From an uncultured Alphaproteobacteria bacterium (lineage in GTDB: Bacteria; Pseudomonadota; Alphaproteobacteria; Rs-D84): a stretch of DNA of 64,000 bases. Below, piece after piece: positions 19,304 through 29,109 of this stretch. The notes beneath the pieces were generated by a model that worked only from the letters and a program-made list of their open reading frames with translations, had not been told where the DNA came from and searched no databases. Within the stretch, counting starts at the first letter, position 1. The number at the start of each line of letters is the position of its first letter. Location: contig CALXMR010000005.1 in NCBI GenBank assembly GCA_944389525.1, forward strand, positions 362-64,361, written 5' to 3'. The translations under genes and the position numbers were made by a program.

Positions 19304-20095
19304 TTATGCATTTCCAATATCATCAAATTGTTTTGACAGTTCGGTAAAATAATTCTGGGGCTTTGGCCCGCGCCACAGTTTTTTTGTTGTGTTATCCGGG
19401 GCAGGTGTGGTGGCGCCACCAATAAAGTTCACACGATGATTTTCAACGCGTATTACCGGAAATTTATATGTTTCCATTAACTTTGAACTGTGTGTGGCCA
19501 GGATAATTGTTGTGCCAAATGTTTTATTCATCTGGACAAATAATTCCATTAACCGTGACGCATTTTCATCGTCCAGATTGCCGGTTGGTTCGTCCGCCAG
19601 TAATATTGCCGGCTGGATAATAATTGCACGCGCCACAGATACGCGTTGCTGTTGCCCGCCAGACAATGTTTTTGGATTTGCGTCCGCATATTTGGCCAGA
19701 CCAACCCATTCCAAAACCTTGATAACCAGTTTTTTTATTTTTTGTTCGGATATGCCACGCACGCGTAACGGCAATGCAACATTGTCAAACACGGTCATGT
19801 GCGACAACAGTGAATATTCTTGGAATACGATTGCCATTTTATGGCGCAACGCCGCGATTTCATCGCGTGTCATGTCATTTGTTACACGACCAAACAACTT
19901 TATCTGGCCACAGCATGGTTTGTGCAATTGGTATATCAGTCGCAATAATGTCGTTTTTCCCGCGCCAGATGCGCCCGACAGGAAATAAAAGCCGCCTGCA
20001 CTGATATTAAATGACACATCAGATAACACTTCACGGGCATTATCATCGTATCGTGCGCCAACATTTGCAAAAGATATTGCGGTATTATCGTCCAT
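19304..20095 (-). CDS. ftsE: Cell division ATP-binding protein FtsE
   Basis: Walker A GASGAGKTTLL, ABC signature LSGGQQQRV, Walker B ILLADEPTGNLD. Start at MDDNTAISF (ATG 20095). Confidence 0.85.
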   Translation of the reverse strand: MDDNTAISFANVGARYDDNAREVLSDVSFNISAGGFYFLSGASGAGKTTLLRLIYQLHKPCCGQIKLFGRVTNDMTRDEIAALRHKMAIVFQEYSLLSHMTVFDNVALPLRVRGISEQKIKKLVIKVLEWVGLAKYADANPKTLSGGQQQRVSVARAIIIQPAILLADEPTGNLDDENASRLMELFVQMNKTFGTTIILATHSSKLMETYKFPVIRVENHRVNFIGGATTPAPDNTTKKLWRGPKPQNYFTELSKQFDDIGNA

Positions 20096-20147
20096 GTGAA
20101 AAATAGTATAAAAAAAACTGATAATGGTCAAGAGTCCATAAAAAATA

Positions 20148-20176
20148 AAAAATGCGCCGATGGCGCATTTTTTATT
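20148..20176. terminator. Hairpin terminator downstream of pal (atgcgccgatggcgcat flanked by A and T runs)
   Basis: Perfect hairpin with flanking homopolymer runs. Confidence 0.5.
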
Positions 20177-20573
20177 CAACATCAACAACCTTGGTTGTGG
20201 CATTACGATTTAACGCCCACACTTCTTCGCCAGTGCCAGGATATTGTGGCCGTTCTTTACCATAAGAAATTGTTTTGATTCTTTCGGGTTCGATTCCATC
20301 AGCAATTATCACATGTGCCGCATTCCCCGCGCGCAGTGCCCCCAGTGCCAAATTATATTCGGTTGAACCGCGTTCGTCACAGTGCCCTTCGAGAATAATG
20401 TTAACACCAGGATTTTTTTTCATGTATAACGCCTGGCTTTCCAGTTCTTCGCGTGCCGCGTCAGAAATTGTTGCAGAATCAAATGCAAAAAAAACCTTGT
20501 CGTCATTGATCGGGGTGGAACTGGCACATGCAGTGATTCCCAGTGCGACCGCTGCTAACAGAAATTTGTTCAT
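20172..20573 (-). CDS. pal: Peptidoglycan-associated lipoprotein (OmpA-like domain)
   Basis: Lipobox ITAC. OmpA C-like domain (NIILEGHCDERGSTEYNLALGALRA). Start at MNKFLL (ATG 20573). Confidence 0.85.
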   Translation of the reverse strand: MNKFLLAAVALGITACASSTPINDDKVFFAFDSATISDAAREELESQALYMKKNPGVNIILEGHCDERGSTEYNLALGALRAGNAAHVIIADGIEPERIKTISYGKERPQYPGTGEEVWALNRNATTKVVDVE

Positions 20574-20712
20574 TTTTTTCTTCCTTTTTAATTTCTTATA
20601 TATATGTACTAAATTTAGCAAAATTCATAAAAAGTTGTCAATATATGATTTTTATACTTTGGTCTGGGGCGTACTTTGTGATATACTAACGACAAAGTAA
20701 AGGAAGGAACAC

Positions 20713-21453
20713 ATGAAAAGATTAGTATCTATGTTTGTTTTGTTGGGGTTAACCGCGCCGGCGGTTGCGGCGCCCAGTTATTTAACGCGTACGGGTAATG
20801 GTGGCTATCGCGTCACATATGATTACACGGACAAGGCGAAAACCGGATGGTATGTCGGTGGACGCGCAGAACTGGGGTTCTGGAACTGGGAAAACAAGTA
20901 CAGCGTTGATGATAACTTAACAGGGCTGAGAGACGCCTTTAAGAATGACGACTATTCGTTTGAGCCGGTATTTGGTGGCAGTTTGTCTGCCGGTCGCCGG
21001 TTTGCATATTTCTGGCGCGCAGAATTGGAACTGGGATATCTGGGGCATTTTGATGATTCTGATGCCGATTCAAGTATGTCTTTACAGATTCCATATGTCA
21101 TGTTGAATGGATATTATGATTTTGTAAATGGTCTATATCTGGGGGCAGGTGTTGGCGCGGCAATGCCAATAACAGAGATGGAGCTAAGAAGTACAATCCC
21201 TGTGCTTAAGACTTTTGATAGTTCTGATCGTACAGAATACAGTTTTGCGCCAATGGCTGGGTTAATGCTGGGGTATTCGTATGAATTGGATAATAATCTG
21301 GTACTGGATTTACGGTATCGTTTTGCGATAATGACCGGGTTTGACCATCGTGTTGGCTTTGATGATTGGAATGATACTGCGCATTGGATCCAGAACGATG
21401 TTGATTTCTTGATGGATAATTCCATATCGATTGGTATCAGATATGAATTTTAA
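20713..21453 (+). CDS. Outer membrane beta-barrel protein (OmpA-like barrel / OMP_b-brl family)
   Basis: Signal peptide, alternating amphipathic beta strands, C-terminal aromatic residue (IRYEF). Confidence 0.6.
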   Translation: MKRLVSMFVLLGLTAPAVAAPSYLTRTGNGGYRVTYDYTDKAKTGWYVGGRAELGFWNWENKYSVDDNLTGLRDAFKNDDYSFEPVFGGSLSAGRRFAYFWRAELELGYLGHFDDSDADSSMSLQIPYVMLNGYYDFVNGLYLGAGVGAAMPITEMELRSTIPVLKTFDSSDRTEYSFAPMAGLMLGYSYELDNNLVLDLRYRFAIMTGFDHRVGFDDWNDTAHWIQNDVDFLMDNSISIGIRYEF

Positions 21454-21465
21454 CACAAAATGGTG

Positions 21466-21495
21466 TTGACCCGATTCGCACAAATATGATATCAT
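21466..21495 (+). promoter_or_regulatory. Candidate sigma70 promoter (TTGACC, 18 nt spacer, TATCAT) for the tail-fibre-like gene cluster
   Basis: Near-consensus hexamers. This places the TSS downstream of the first ATG at 21486. Confidence 0.35.
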
Positions 21496-21518
21496 TTAGA
21501 CAAGTAGAGAGAATTAGC

Positions 21519-24110
21519 GTGAGAAAAAATCTGAAGATTTCAAGGTTGGCAATAGTTTGTGTCTTGTGCGCTGTTACGGCCTCGGGTGCATATGCGGCAT
21601 CGTCTGTGCGCAGCCTGGGGGGCAGCGGTACATATACTAGTGCGTCTAGTGCGGCATCCGCTGGTTCGGCTGGGGCGACAACGGCGGTACGCGGTGGTTC
21701 GTTGCGTGTGACGCCGTCTTCGGGTCAGTCTGGGTCCAGTACGACAATCAGTGCTGGCACAACAACCTCTGGGCGTGTGGCGACATCGCCGCGTTTGTCG
21801 ATTGGACAGTACTTGGGTGGCGCGACATCTATCAGTGGTGGGGGCAGTTCGTTGCGTCCGGGGACTGGTTCGGGTTCGTCTGGCGGTGGTTCTTCGTCTG
21901 GTGGCGGAATGGATCCGGATGTTGCCGGTGAAGTGTTGACGGCCATAGACGATATCCGGCGTGATGTTGACGCTTTGTTCAATGCGGATACGAACTTGCA
22001 GGATCAGGTTAGTGCAAAGCAAGATATGTTATATCCCGCCGCAGATGGGTTTATCATAATTGATGACAGTACGAACGAAATCTTTGTTGATGTTGATGCG
22101 TTGCAGGGTGCGTTGGAAACTGTTGCCGGCGAAGATGGACGCGAAGTTGAATTGGGTTCTAATGAAACGGATTTGTTGTGGCGCTATGTTGGTGATCCAG
22201 GATGGGAGACCTTGATTTCCAAGGCGGAAATTACCGGACCCCAGGGTGAAAAGGGTGAGCCGGGCGAGGCGGCTAATCTGGACGCATATTCCACGACCGA
22301 GCAGATGAATCAGGCGATTGGAAATGCAATCGCGGCATTGGCGGATGTTTATGCGACCAAGGCAGATGTTGATGCGTTAGAGCGCGAGGTCGCAGCCAAG
22401 GCAAACACACAATATGTAAATGATGAATTGGCAAAAAAAGCAAATGCAGCCGATGTTTATACCAAGACAGAAGTTGATGAAAAAGTTGCCGATATTGTTG
22501 CAGGCGATATGGACGAAGCGCTGGCGAACAAGGCAGATAAAACATATGTTGATGAACAATTGGCGACCAAGGCTGACAAGACAGAATTGGCGAACAAGGC
22601 AGACGCCAGTGCTGTTTCAGCATTAGAGACCGAAGTTGGTGAAATTAACGATTTGGCAAGTGATGCTGCATTGGCGGCGGCAAATGCAATCAGTGGTCTG
22701 GGTGCCAAAGAAAATATTTCAAATAAAACGCAAACTGTAACAAACAGTGCAACGGAATATCCGTCTGGTGCGGCGGTGACAGCCGCATTGGCGGATAAAG
22801 CGGATAAATCCGAATTGGCGAATTATGCCACGAATGATTCTGTTGATACAAAATTAGAAAATTACTATACGATTTCAGAAGTTGATGACAAGGTGGCAGA
22901 TGTTGTTGCCGGTGATATGGGCGAAGCGCTGATTGGTAAAGAAGATAAATCAAATAAAACACAGACAATAGATGCATCGTCTACGGCGGATCAGTATCCG
23001 TCGGCGGCGGCGGTTTATGGTGTTTTGGAACAAAAGGCAGATGCAACAACTGTTGAGCAGATTGAACAAGAAATTACAAATGTTTCAAATCAATATGAAA
23101 CAATAAATGAAACTGTAACAAATTTAGGCGACACAATTAATAACGAAGACACCGGTCTGAAAAAGCAAGTCGAAGATGCTGTAAATACTGCAAATGCTGC
23201 GCAACAGGCGGTCGCTGGCAAGCAAGATGCATTGGGATTCACCCCGGAAAATGTTGCGAACAAGAGTCAGACGGTTGTTGATGACGAAACAAAATATCCA
23301 TCGTCTGCGGCGGTTTATGGTGAATTAGAAACCAAGGCAAATGTATCTGATTTGGCGAATTATGCGACGACGGAAACGGTAAATCAGATTGAACAAAATG
23401 TTACCAATGTAACGGAACAGGTTACAAATTTAGGCGACACAATTAATAACGAAGACACCGGTCTGAAAAAGCAGGTTGAAGATGCTGTAAATACTGCAAA
23501 TGCCGCGCAACAGGCGGTCGCCGGCAAGCAAGATGCTTTGACCGCTGAACAAATGAATGCTGTGAATTCGGGCATTACCGCGGAAAAGGTTTCTGTATAT
23601 GACGGCTATGCCGATACTATCGCGGGCAAGCAAGACGCGTTGGGATATACCGCCGAAGATGTGGCAAACAAAACCGATGATATGGCGGTGGATGCTGGGT
23701 CCACGACCAAATATCCAACAGTTCACGCAGTCGAGGCATATGTCACCAACACTGTGGCCGAAGGGGTTGAAATTAATACAGATCAAATTGCGGCCGGTGC
23801 GGTTAAAACGGATCAGATTGGTGATGGTGCCGTGACGGAAGAAAAATTGTCTGATGAATTAAATGCCGAAATTGATGGCAAGGCAAACACTGCGGATTTG
23901 GGCGATTTGGCGAAAAAGGATCAAATTCGTGACGCCGATGTTGCGGACGATGCGGCAATTTCGAAATCTAAATTGGCGACTGATGTGCAAAACGCGTTGG
24001 ATAACGCGGCAAACGCAGTGGCTGCGCCGGCGGGCGAAAAACCAACAAACAGCGTACTGGGCACGGATGGCGAGGGCAATCCAGTGTGGTATGAAATCGT
24101 AACGGATTAA
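21519..24110 (+). CDS. Secreted phage-tail-fibre-like repeat protein 1 (tail-fibre-type repeats plus a short collagen-like GxY run)
   Basis: ORF 21486..24110. Probable GTG start at 21519 with GAGAGA RBS, giving signal peptide MRKNLKISRLAIVCVLCAVTASGAYA. S/G/T-rich low-complexity region. Repeats KADKTYVDEQLATKADKTELANKAD and YPSxAAV. GPQGEKGEPGE collagen-like run. C-term DGEGNPVWYEIVTD. Confidence 0.7.
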   Translation: MRKNLKISRLAIVCVLCAVTASGAYAASSVRSLGGSGTYTSASSAASAGSAGATTAVRGGSLRVTPSSGQSGSSTTISAGTTTSGRVATSPRLSIGQYLGGATSISGGGSSLRPGTGSGSSGGGSSSGGGMDPDVAGEVLTAIDDIRRDVDALFNADTNLQDQVSAKQDMLYPAADGFIIIDDSTNEIFVDVDALQGALETVAGEDGREVELGSNETDLLWRYVGDPGWETLISKAEITGPQGEKGEPGEAANLDAYSTTEQMNQAIGNAIAALADVYATKADVDALEREVAAKANTQYVNDELAKKANAADVYTKTEVDEKVADIVAGDMDEALANKADKTYVDEQLATKADKTELANKADASAVSALETEVGEINDLASDAALAAANAISGLGAKENISNKTQTVTNSATEYPSGAAVTAALADKADKSELANYATNDSVDTKLENYYTISEVDDKVADVVAGDMGEALIGKEDKSNKTQTIDASSTADQYPSAAAVYGVLEQKADATTVEQIEQEITNVSNQYETINETVTNLGDTINNEDTGLKKQVEDAVNTANAAQQAVAGKQDALGFTPENVANKSQTVVDDETKYPSSAAVYGELETKANVSDLANYATTETVNQIEQNVTNVTEQVTNLGDTINNEDTGLKKQVEDAVNTANAAQQAVAGKQDALTAEQMNAVNSGITAEKVSVYDGYADTIAGKQDALGYTAEDVANKTDDMAVDAGSTTKYPTVHAVEAYVTNTVAEGVEINTDQIAAGAVKTDQIGDGAVTEEKLSDELNAEIDGKANTADLGDLAKKDQIRDADVADDAAISKSKLATDVQNALDNAANAVAAPAGEKPTNSVLGTDGEGNPVWYEIVTD

Positions 24111-24122
24111 AGGAAAGAAAGA

Positions 24123-25937
24123 ATGAAAAAATCAAATATAGCATTTTCTGGGGTTATGGCGGCGATATTGTTCAGTGCCGGCGCGGCTAATGCGACCACA
24201 ACGCAAATTGCCAGCAAACAGTACGTTGACACCCGTGAAACGGCCATTTTGGAAAATGTCAGCAATACATATGAAACCAAAGAAAATGTCCAAAATCTGA
24301 CTGAACAGGTTACAAATTTGGGTGATACGATTAATAATGCCGAAACAGGATTGACAACAACGGTAAAAAAAATAACCCAGGTTGTTGGTGATGATACATC
24401 TGGATTGGTCAAGGATGTTACGGATTTGGGAACAACGGTTGATGGCTTGACAGAAACAGTTGGTAATTTAGATACGGAACTGGATTCTAAATTGGACAGC
24501 GCGACCGCAGATGGCAAGTATGAGGTTTTAACCAACAAGGCGACTGCAATTAATGCAGAAAATCAAACTTCTGGAACATCATATCCATCGGTCGGGGCAA
24601 TCGTTCAATGGACAAATAAAAAGATCGCCGATTTGTCGAATACTGGATTACCAGTTAACCCGGGTAATATCGAAGATGGAACAATTTCTGGCAGTAAATT
24701 GGAAAATGGTGCAATTACCACGGATAAAATCGCAAATGATGCCGTAACATCGGATAAAATTGCGGACGATGCGGTTGGGTCTGAACATATCAAGACCGGC
24801 GCGGTTGGATCCGATGAAATTGCCGATGGCGCGGTTGGTAATGCAGATTTGGCGGCAGATTCCGTAACAACAGATAAAATCAAAGATGGCACGATTTCAT
24901 CGGCTGATTTGGATACGGCATTAAATGCCGAAATAGATGGCAAAGAAGATAAATCAAACAAGGCCACCACCATTGATTCAACCAACCAGGCATCCACAGA
25001 CGCATATCCGTCTGTCAAGGCGGTGTACGATTGGACCACGACCCAGATTGCAAATGTTGAATTTGATCCGTCTGAATTGGCACCGGGGTCAATTGATGGT
25101 GATGCAATCCAAGATGGCAGTATTTCTGGTGATAAAATCACCGATGGCACAATTACATCAGACCAGATTGCCGATGGTACGGTTGGTACCGGTGATATCG
25201 CCGATGGTGCAATCACGGGCGATAAATTGGATGAAACATTGGCGGGGCAAATTGCCGATATCGATGGGAAACAAGACATTGCAATGGGTGTCGGTCACGA
25301 AAATCATATCGTGACAACTGATGCGTCTGGTAATATTACATCCGCTGCGACAATTGGTCAGGACAAGGTTACAGGTTTGACCACAGCGTTGGCGGACAAG
25401 GCGTCAATTGACGATATTCCAACAACTGTTGCGGAATTAACCGATGCATCAAATTATGCAACAACGGGTGCGTTGACGTCTGGATTGGCGGGCAAAGAAG
25501 ATACATCTAATAAGACCAAATTAATCAATGATGGCAATAAATCGTCTGAAACACTGTTCCCGACAATTGGCGCAATCACCACGTGGACAGATCAACAGAT
25601 TCAACAGTTATCGACCGAGGGTATTCCCGTTAATCCAGATAATATCGGTCCAAATGCGATTACAACTGATAAAATTGCAAATGGTGCGGTGACAACGCCG
25701 AAAATTGCAGATAAAGCCGTGACCGAAGACAAGTTGAGTGATGAACTGAACGCGGAAATCGATGGCAAGGCAAATGCCGCAGATGTTTATACCAAATTGG
25801 AAACAGATGGCAAAATTGTTGAATTGGCGGTACCGCAGCCAGACGCAGATTGTCAGGCGGAATCAGGGCTGTGCGTATTATCGGTTACAACCGATGGTGA
25901 TTTGGCATGGGTAAATGTAACCGCACCGGCAGAATAA
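24123..25937 (+). CDS. Secreted phage-tail-fibre-like repeat protein 2
   Basis: Signal peptide then IASKQYVD motif. Tandem 8-11 residue repeats (IADGTVGTGDIADGAITGDKL...). YPSVKAVYDW and YPSVGAIVQW motifs. C-term TTDGDLAWVNVT. Confidence 0.7.
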   Translation: MKKSNIAFSGVMAAILFSAGAANATTTQIASKQYVDTRETAILENVSNTYETKENVQNLTEQVTNLGDTINNAETGLTTTVKKITQVVGDDTSGLVKDVTDLGTTVDGLTETVGNLDTELDSKLDSATADGKYEVLTNKATAINAENQTSGTSYPSVGAIVQWTNKKIADLSNTGLPVNPGNIEDGTISGSKLENGAITTDKIANDAVTSDKIADDAVGSEHIKTGAVGSDEIADGAVGNADLAADSVTTDKIKDGTISSADLDTALNAEIDGKEDKSNKATTIDSTNQASTDAYPSVKAVYDWTTTQIANVEFDPSELAPGSIDGDAIQDGSISGDKITDGTITSDQIADGTVGTGDIADGAITGDKLDETLAGQIADIDGKQDIAMGVGHENHIVTTDASGNITSAATIGQDKVTGLTTALADKASIDDIPTTVAELTDASNYATTGALTSGLAGKEDTSNKTKLINDGNKSSETLFPTIGAITTWTDQQIQQLSTEGIPVNPDNIGPNAITTDKIANGAVTTPKIADKAVTEDKLSDELNAEIDGKANAADVYTKLETDGKIVELAVPQPDADCQAESGLCVLSVTTDGDLAWVNVTAPAE

Positions 25938-26001
25938 ATAAAATTAAATAAAAAACAGATTTGAAAAACAAAAAAACAAAATAGAAAGAAAGGAAAGAAA
26001 A

Positions 26002-27405
26002 ATGAAAAAATTAACAGCAGGTATATTTGCAACATTATTGGCAGTCGTATCAACCGGCGCCGCAAATGCAAGAATTGCGTCACAGGCATATGTTGATGAA
26101 AAAGATGCAGAACGTGTTGCGATTCAACAAGAAACAAATAATGGGGTCTTAACAACGAGTGCAACCGGTGCAGTTCAGGTTTCTGCCACCATCCCACAAT
26201 CGAGTGTTGCTGGATTGGATACGACATTAGCGGGCAAGGTTGATGATGCTGATTTGGCAAATTATGCAACCAAAACGGCACTGACAGATGGTTTGGCAAC
26301 AAAGGCATCGCAATCAGATGTAACAGCGTTGACGGGTCGTGTTACAACAGCAGAAGATGAGATCGATGCATTACAGGCACCAACAGCGCAGGTTGCTGAG
26401 GGGGTAACTGGACCAGTTTCTGGTGGTACAGTATATGACGCGATTGAGGGGGTTACAGGTAATGTAGGTAGTGTAACAGGTCGTGTAGATACATTAGAAG
26501 GTGAAATGGATACGGCGCAATCTGACATCTCAGAATTACAGGCAGGTAAGCAAGATAAAAATATGGGGGCAGGGGCAGCAAACCATATCGTAACAACGGA
26601 TGGCAGTGGTAATATTACATCCAGTGCGACAATTACCCAGGGGCAGGTTGCAGGTTTAAATACAGCATTAGATGCCAAGGCAGATAAATCTGCATTAGAT
26701 GGTAAAGTAGACGCAAATAAAGCAATTAGTGCGGGAACAGGTACAAAAATTACATATGATGCAAAAGGGTTGGTAACGGGCAGCGCCAGTTTAACTGCGT
26801 CGGATATCCCGGCATTGACAACAGATAAGATTACTGGTTTAGATACAGAATTGGATTCAAAGGCATCACAAACGGATTTAACCGCATTAACAGGGCGTGT
26901 TACAACCGCAGAAGGGGATATTGACGCATTACAGGCACCAACAGCGCAGGTTGCTGAGGGGGTAACTGGACCGGTTTCTGGTCAAACAGTGTTTAATGCA
27001 ATCCAGGGCGTTACAGGTGATGTTACCGGTGTAACAGGCCGTGTAGATACATTAGAAGATGAAATGGATACGGCGCAATCTGACATCTCAGGATTAAAGA
27101 CAGGTAAGCAGGATAAATTAACAGGTCCAGTTGGTAGTGCAACCCAGCCAGTGTATGTGAATGCAGAAGGTAATGTAGTTGCAGGAACCGCATATGGTTC
27201 ATTGGCGACCAAAAATCAGGTTGCAAATGCGGATGTTGCAGATAATGCCGCAATCGCGCAAAGCAAGATTGCAAACTTGGTAACTGATTTGGCAGCAAAA
27301 ATTACGGCGCCAGCAACATCTGAAACCGGTGAAACTGGTACATGGGTTTTGACATATGACGGAACCAGTTTCCAATGGGAAGATATTACCCGTGCTGGTG
27401 AATAA
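26002..27405 (+). CDS. Secreted phage-tail-fibre-like repeat protein 3
   Basis: Signal peptide then IASQAYVD. Internal duplication of a ~75 aa block. C-term LTYDGTSFQWEDIT. Confidence 0.7.
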   Translation: MKKLTAGIFATLLAVVSTGAANARIASQAYVDEKDAERVAIQQETNNGVLTTSATGAVQVSATIPQSSVAGLDTTLAGKVDDADLANYATKTALTDGLATKASQSDVTALTGRVTTAEDEIDALQAPTAQVAEGVTGPVSGGTVYDAIEGVTGNVGSVTGRVDTLEGEMDTAQSDISELQAGKQDKNMGAGAANHIVTTDGSGNITSSATITQGQVAGLNTALDAKADKSALDGKVDANKAISAGTGTKITYDAKGLVTGSASLTASDIPALTTDKITGLDTELDSKASQTDLTALTGRVTTAEGDIDALQAPTAQVAEGVTGPVSGQTVFNAIQGVTGDVTGVTGRVDTLEDEMDTAQSDISGLKTGKQDKLTGPVGSATQPVYVNAEGNVVAGTAYGSLATKNQVANADVADNAAIAQSKIANLVTDLAAKITAPATSETGETGTWVLTYDGTSFQWEDITRAGE

Positions 27406-27516
27406 TATGTAATGAATAATGTGTGCGGTGTGATGTCGCGCCGCACACAGGTAAAAAAAACAGATTGCGATAAACGAACAGTGGAACGAAACAGTTTTTT
27501 TAGGTAGAATACGGAT

Positions 27517-29043
27517 ATGATAAAGTCAAAGGGCATTTTCGCAGTTTCTTTTATAGCTATGATGGTGGTGGGGGGCGCATATGCAAATATTGCATCCCAG
27601 GGATACGTTGATCAACAGGTTGACGCAAAGCAAAATGCCAGCACCGCCGTAAAGGTTGCCACCGCCGGGACCGCGGTGGGGGATACGACGCATCCGGTCT
27701 ATGTTAATGCCAGTGGCGTTGCAACAAAAATAGACAAGGTTGCCGCCGCAGCAAGCGCGGATACTGCAACCAGTGCAACCAAGGCAACGCAAGATGGCAA
27801 TGGGGCAAATATTGCCAATACATATGCCAAAAAGACCGAATTGCCAACGGTGAATAATGCCACGCTGACCATTCAGAAAAATGGCGCAACTGTTGATACA
27901 TTTACTGCGAATGCGTCTGCGAACAAGACAATTAATATCACTGTGCCGACACAAACCAGTCAATTACAAAACAATAGTGGTTATATTACATCGGCGGATC
28001 TGCCAGATGAATATCAGTTAAAGGCGGCAACGGCGTCTGAATTGGGCGGTGTGAAATCCGGTGGTGATATTACTGTGGCGACCAGTGGCGCCGTGACCGT
28101 GAACAGTGCCACCAAGGCGACCCAGGACGCGTCCGGCAATGTGATTACAACCACATATGCGACAAAATCTGAATTAACATCTGGGTTGGCTGGGAAACAG
28201 GCGACTTTGTCGGGTGCGCAATTGAATGCGGTGAATTCTGGGATTACGTCGACCAAGGTATCAACCTATGACGGATACAATGCAAAAATAACCGCCGCGC
28301 AGACCGCCGCGCAGACCGCCGCCGATGCCGCCGATGCCGCACAAACAGCGGCAGAAACAGCACAAAGTACCGCGACAGCTGCACAGAATGCTGCGAATGC
28401 CAAGGTTGCCACCGCACAGGGTTCTGGTAATGCAAACAAGGCGGTGATTACGAATTCGTCTGGGAATATTACAACCGGTACGATTTCGTCGGGTATGATT
28501 GCAGATGATGCGGTAACCGCGGCGAAAATAGCAACCGGTGCAGTTGGAACCGATGGGTTGGCGTCTGGTGCCGTGACATCCGCGAAAATTGCCGATAGCA
28601 CAATTGTAAATGCAGATATTTCCGCCAGTGCCGCGATTGCTGCGTCAAAGATTTCGGGATTGGCGACGGTTGCGACATCGGGGTCTTATGATGATTTAAC
28701 GGACAAGCCGACAATTCCAGCGGCGATAACTGTTGATTCTGCGTTAAGTTCAACTAGTACAAATCCAGTTCAGAACAAGGTTATAAACACCGCATTGGCA
28801 GGTAAGTTAAGCACAACAGGGACAGCAGCCAAGGCAACAGCAGATGCAAGTGGTAATAATATTGCAAACACTTATGCGACCAAGGCGCAATTAACGGCAT
28901 TGGACAGTACATCATCTGGTTCAGGTGCGGTGGTTACAAATGTTTCCCAGACAGACGGCAAGGTGTCTGTAACCAAGGGGAATGTTCAAATCCCAGTGGG
29001 CAGTGCAACTGCAACATCTTATGCCACAATTTGGGTTCAATAA
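27517..29043 (+). CDS. Secreted phage-tail-fibre-like repeat protein 4
   Basis: Signal peptide then IASQGYVD. SGSYDDLTDKPTIP motif typical of tail fibres. LSGAQLNAVNSGITSTKVSTYDGY block shared with protein 1. Confidence 0.7.
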   Translation: MIKSKGIFAVSFIAMMVVGGAYANIASQGYVDQQVDAKQNASTAVKVATAGTAVGDTTHPVYVNASGVATKIDKVAAAASADTATSATKATQDGNGANIANTYAKKTELPTVNNATLTIQKNGATVDTFTANASANKTINITVPTQTSQLQNNSGYITSADLPDEYQLKAATASELGGVKSGGDITVATSGAVTVNSATKATQDASGNVITTTYATKSELTSGLAGKQATLSGAQLNAVNSGITSTKVSTYDGYNAKITAAQTAAQTAADAADAAQTAAETAQSTATAAQNAANAKVATAQGSGNANKAVITNSSGNITTGTISSGMIADDAVTAAKIATGAVGTDGLASGAVTSAKIADSTIVNADISASAAIAASKISGLATVATSGSYDDLTDKPTIPAAITVDSALSSTSTNPVQNKVINTALAGKLSTTGTAAKATADASGNNIANTYATKAQLTALDSTSSGSGAVVTNVSQTDGKVSVTKGNVQIPVGSATATSYATIWVQ

Positions 29044-29086
29044 AGGGTGCAGATGTTGTTACAGGGCAGGAGAGAGAACGAATTTC

Positions 29087-29109
29087 GCGGGCCTTTGCCC
29101 GCGTTTTTG
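29087..29109 (+). terminator. Rho-independent terminator after the fibre cluster (gcgggcctttgcccgc plus T-run)
   Basis: GC hairpin followed by TTTTTG. Confidence 0.5.

Noticed and set aside
21540-22022. 160-aa Arg-rich minus-strand ORF plus other antisense ORFs inside the fibre genes and ribosomal genes
   Set aside because: Antisense to strongly supported CDSs. Arg/Pro-rich composition is typical of GC-rich antisense frames.
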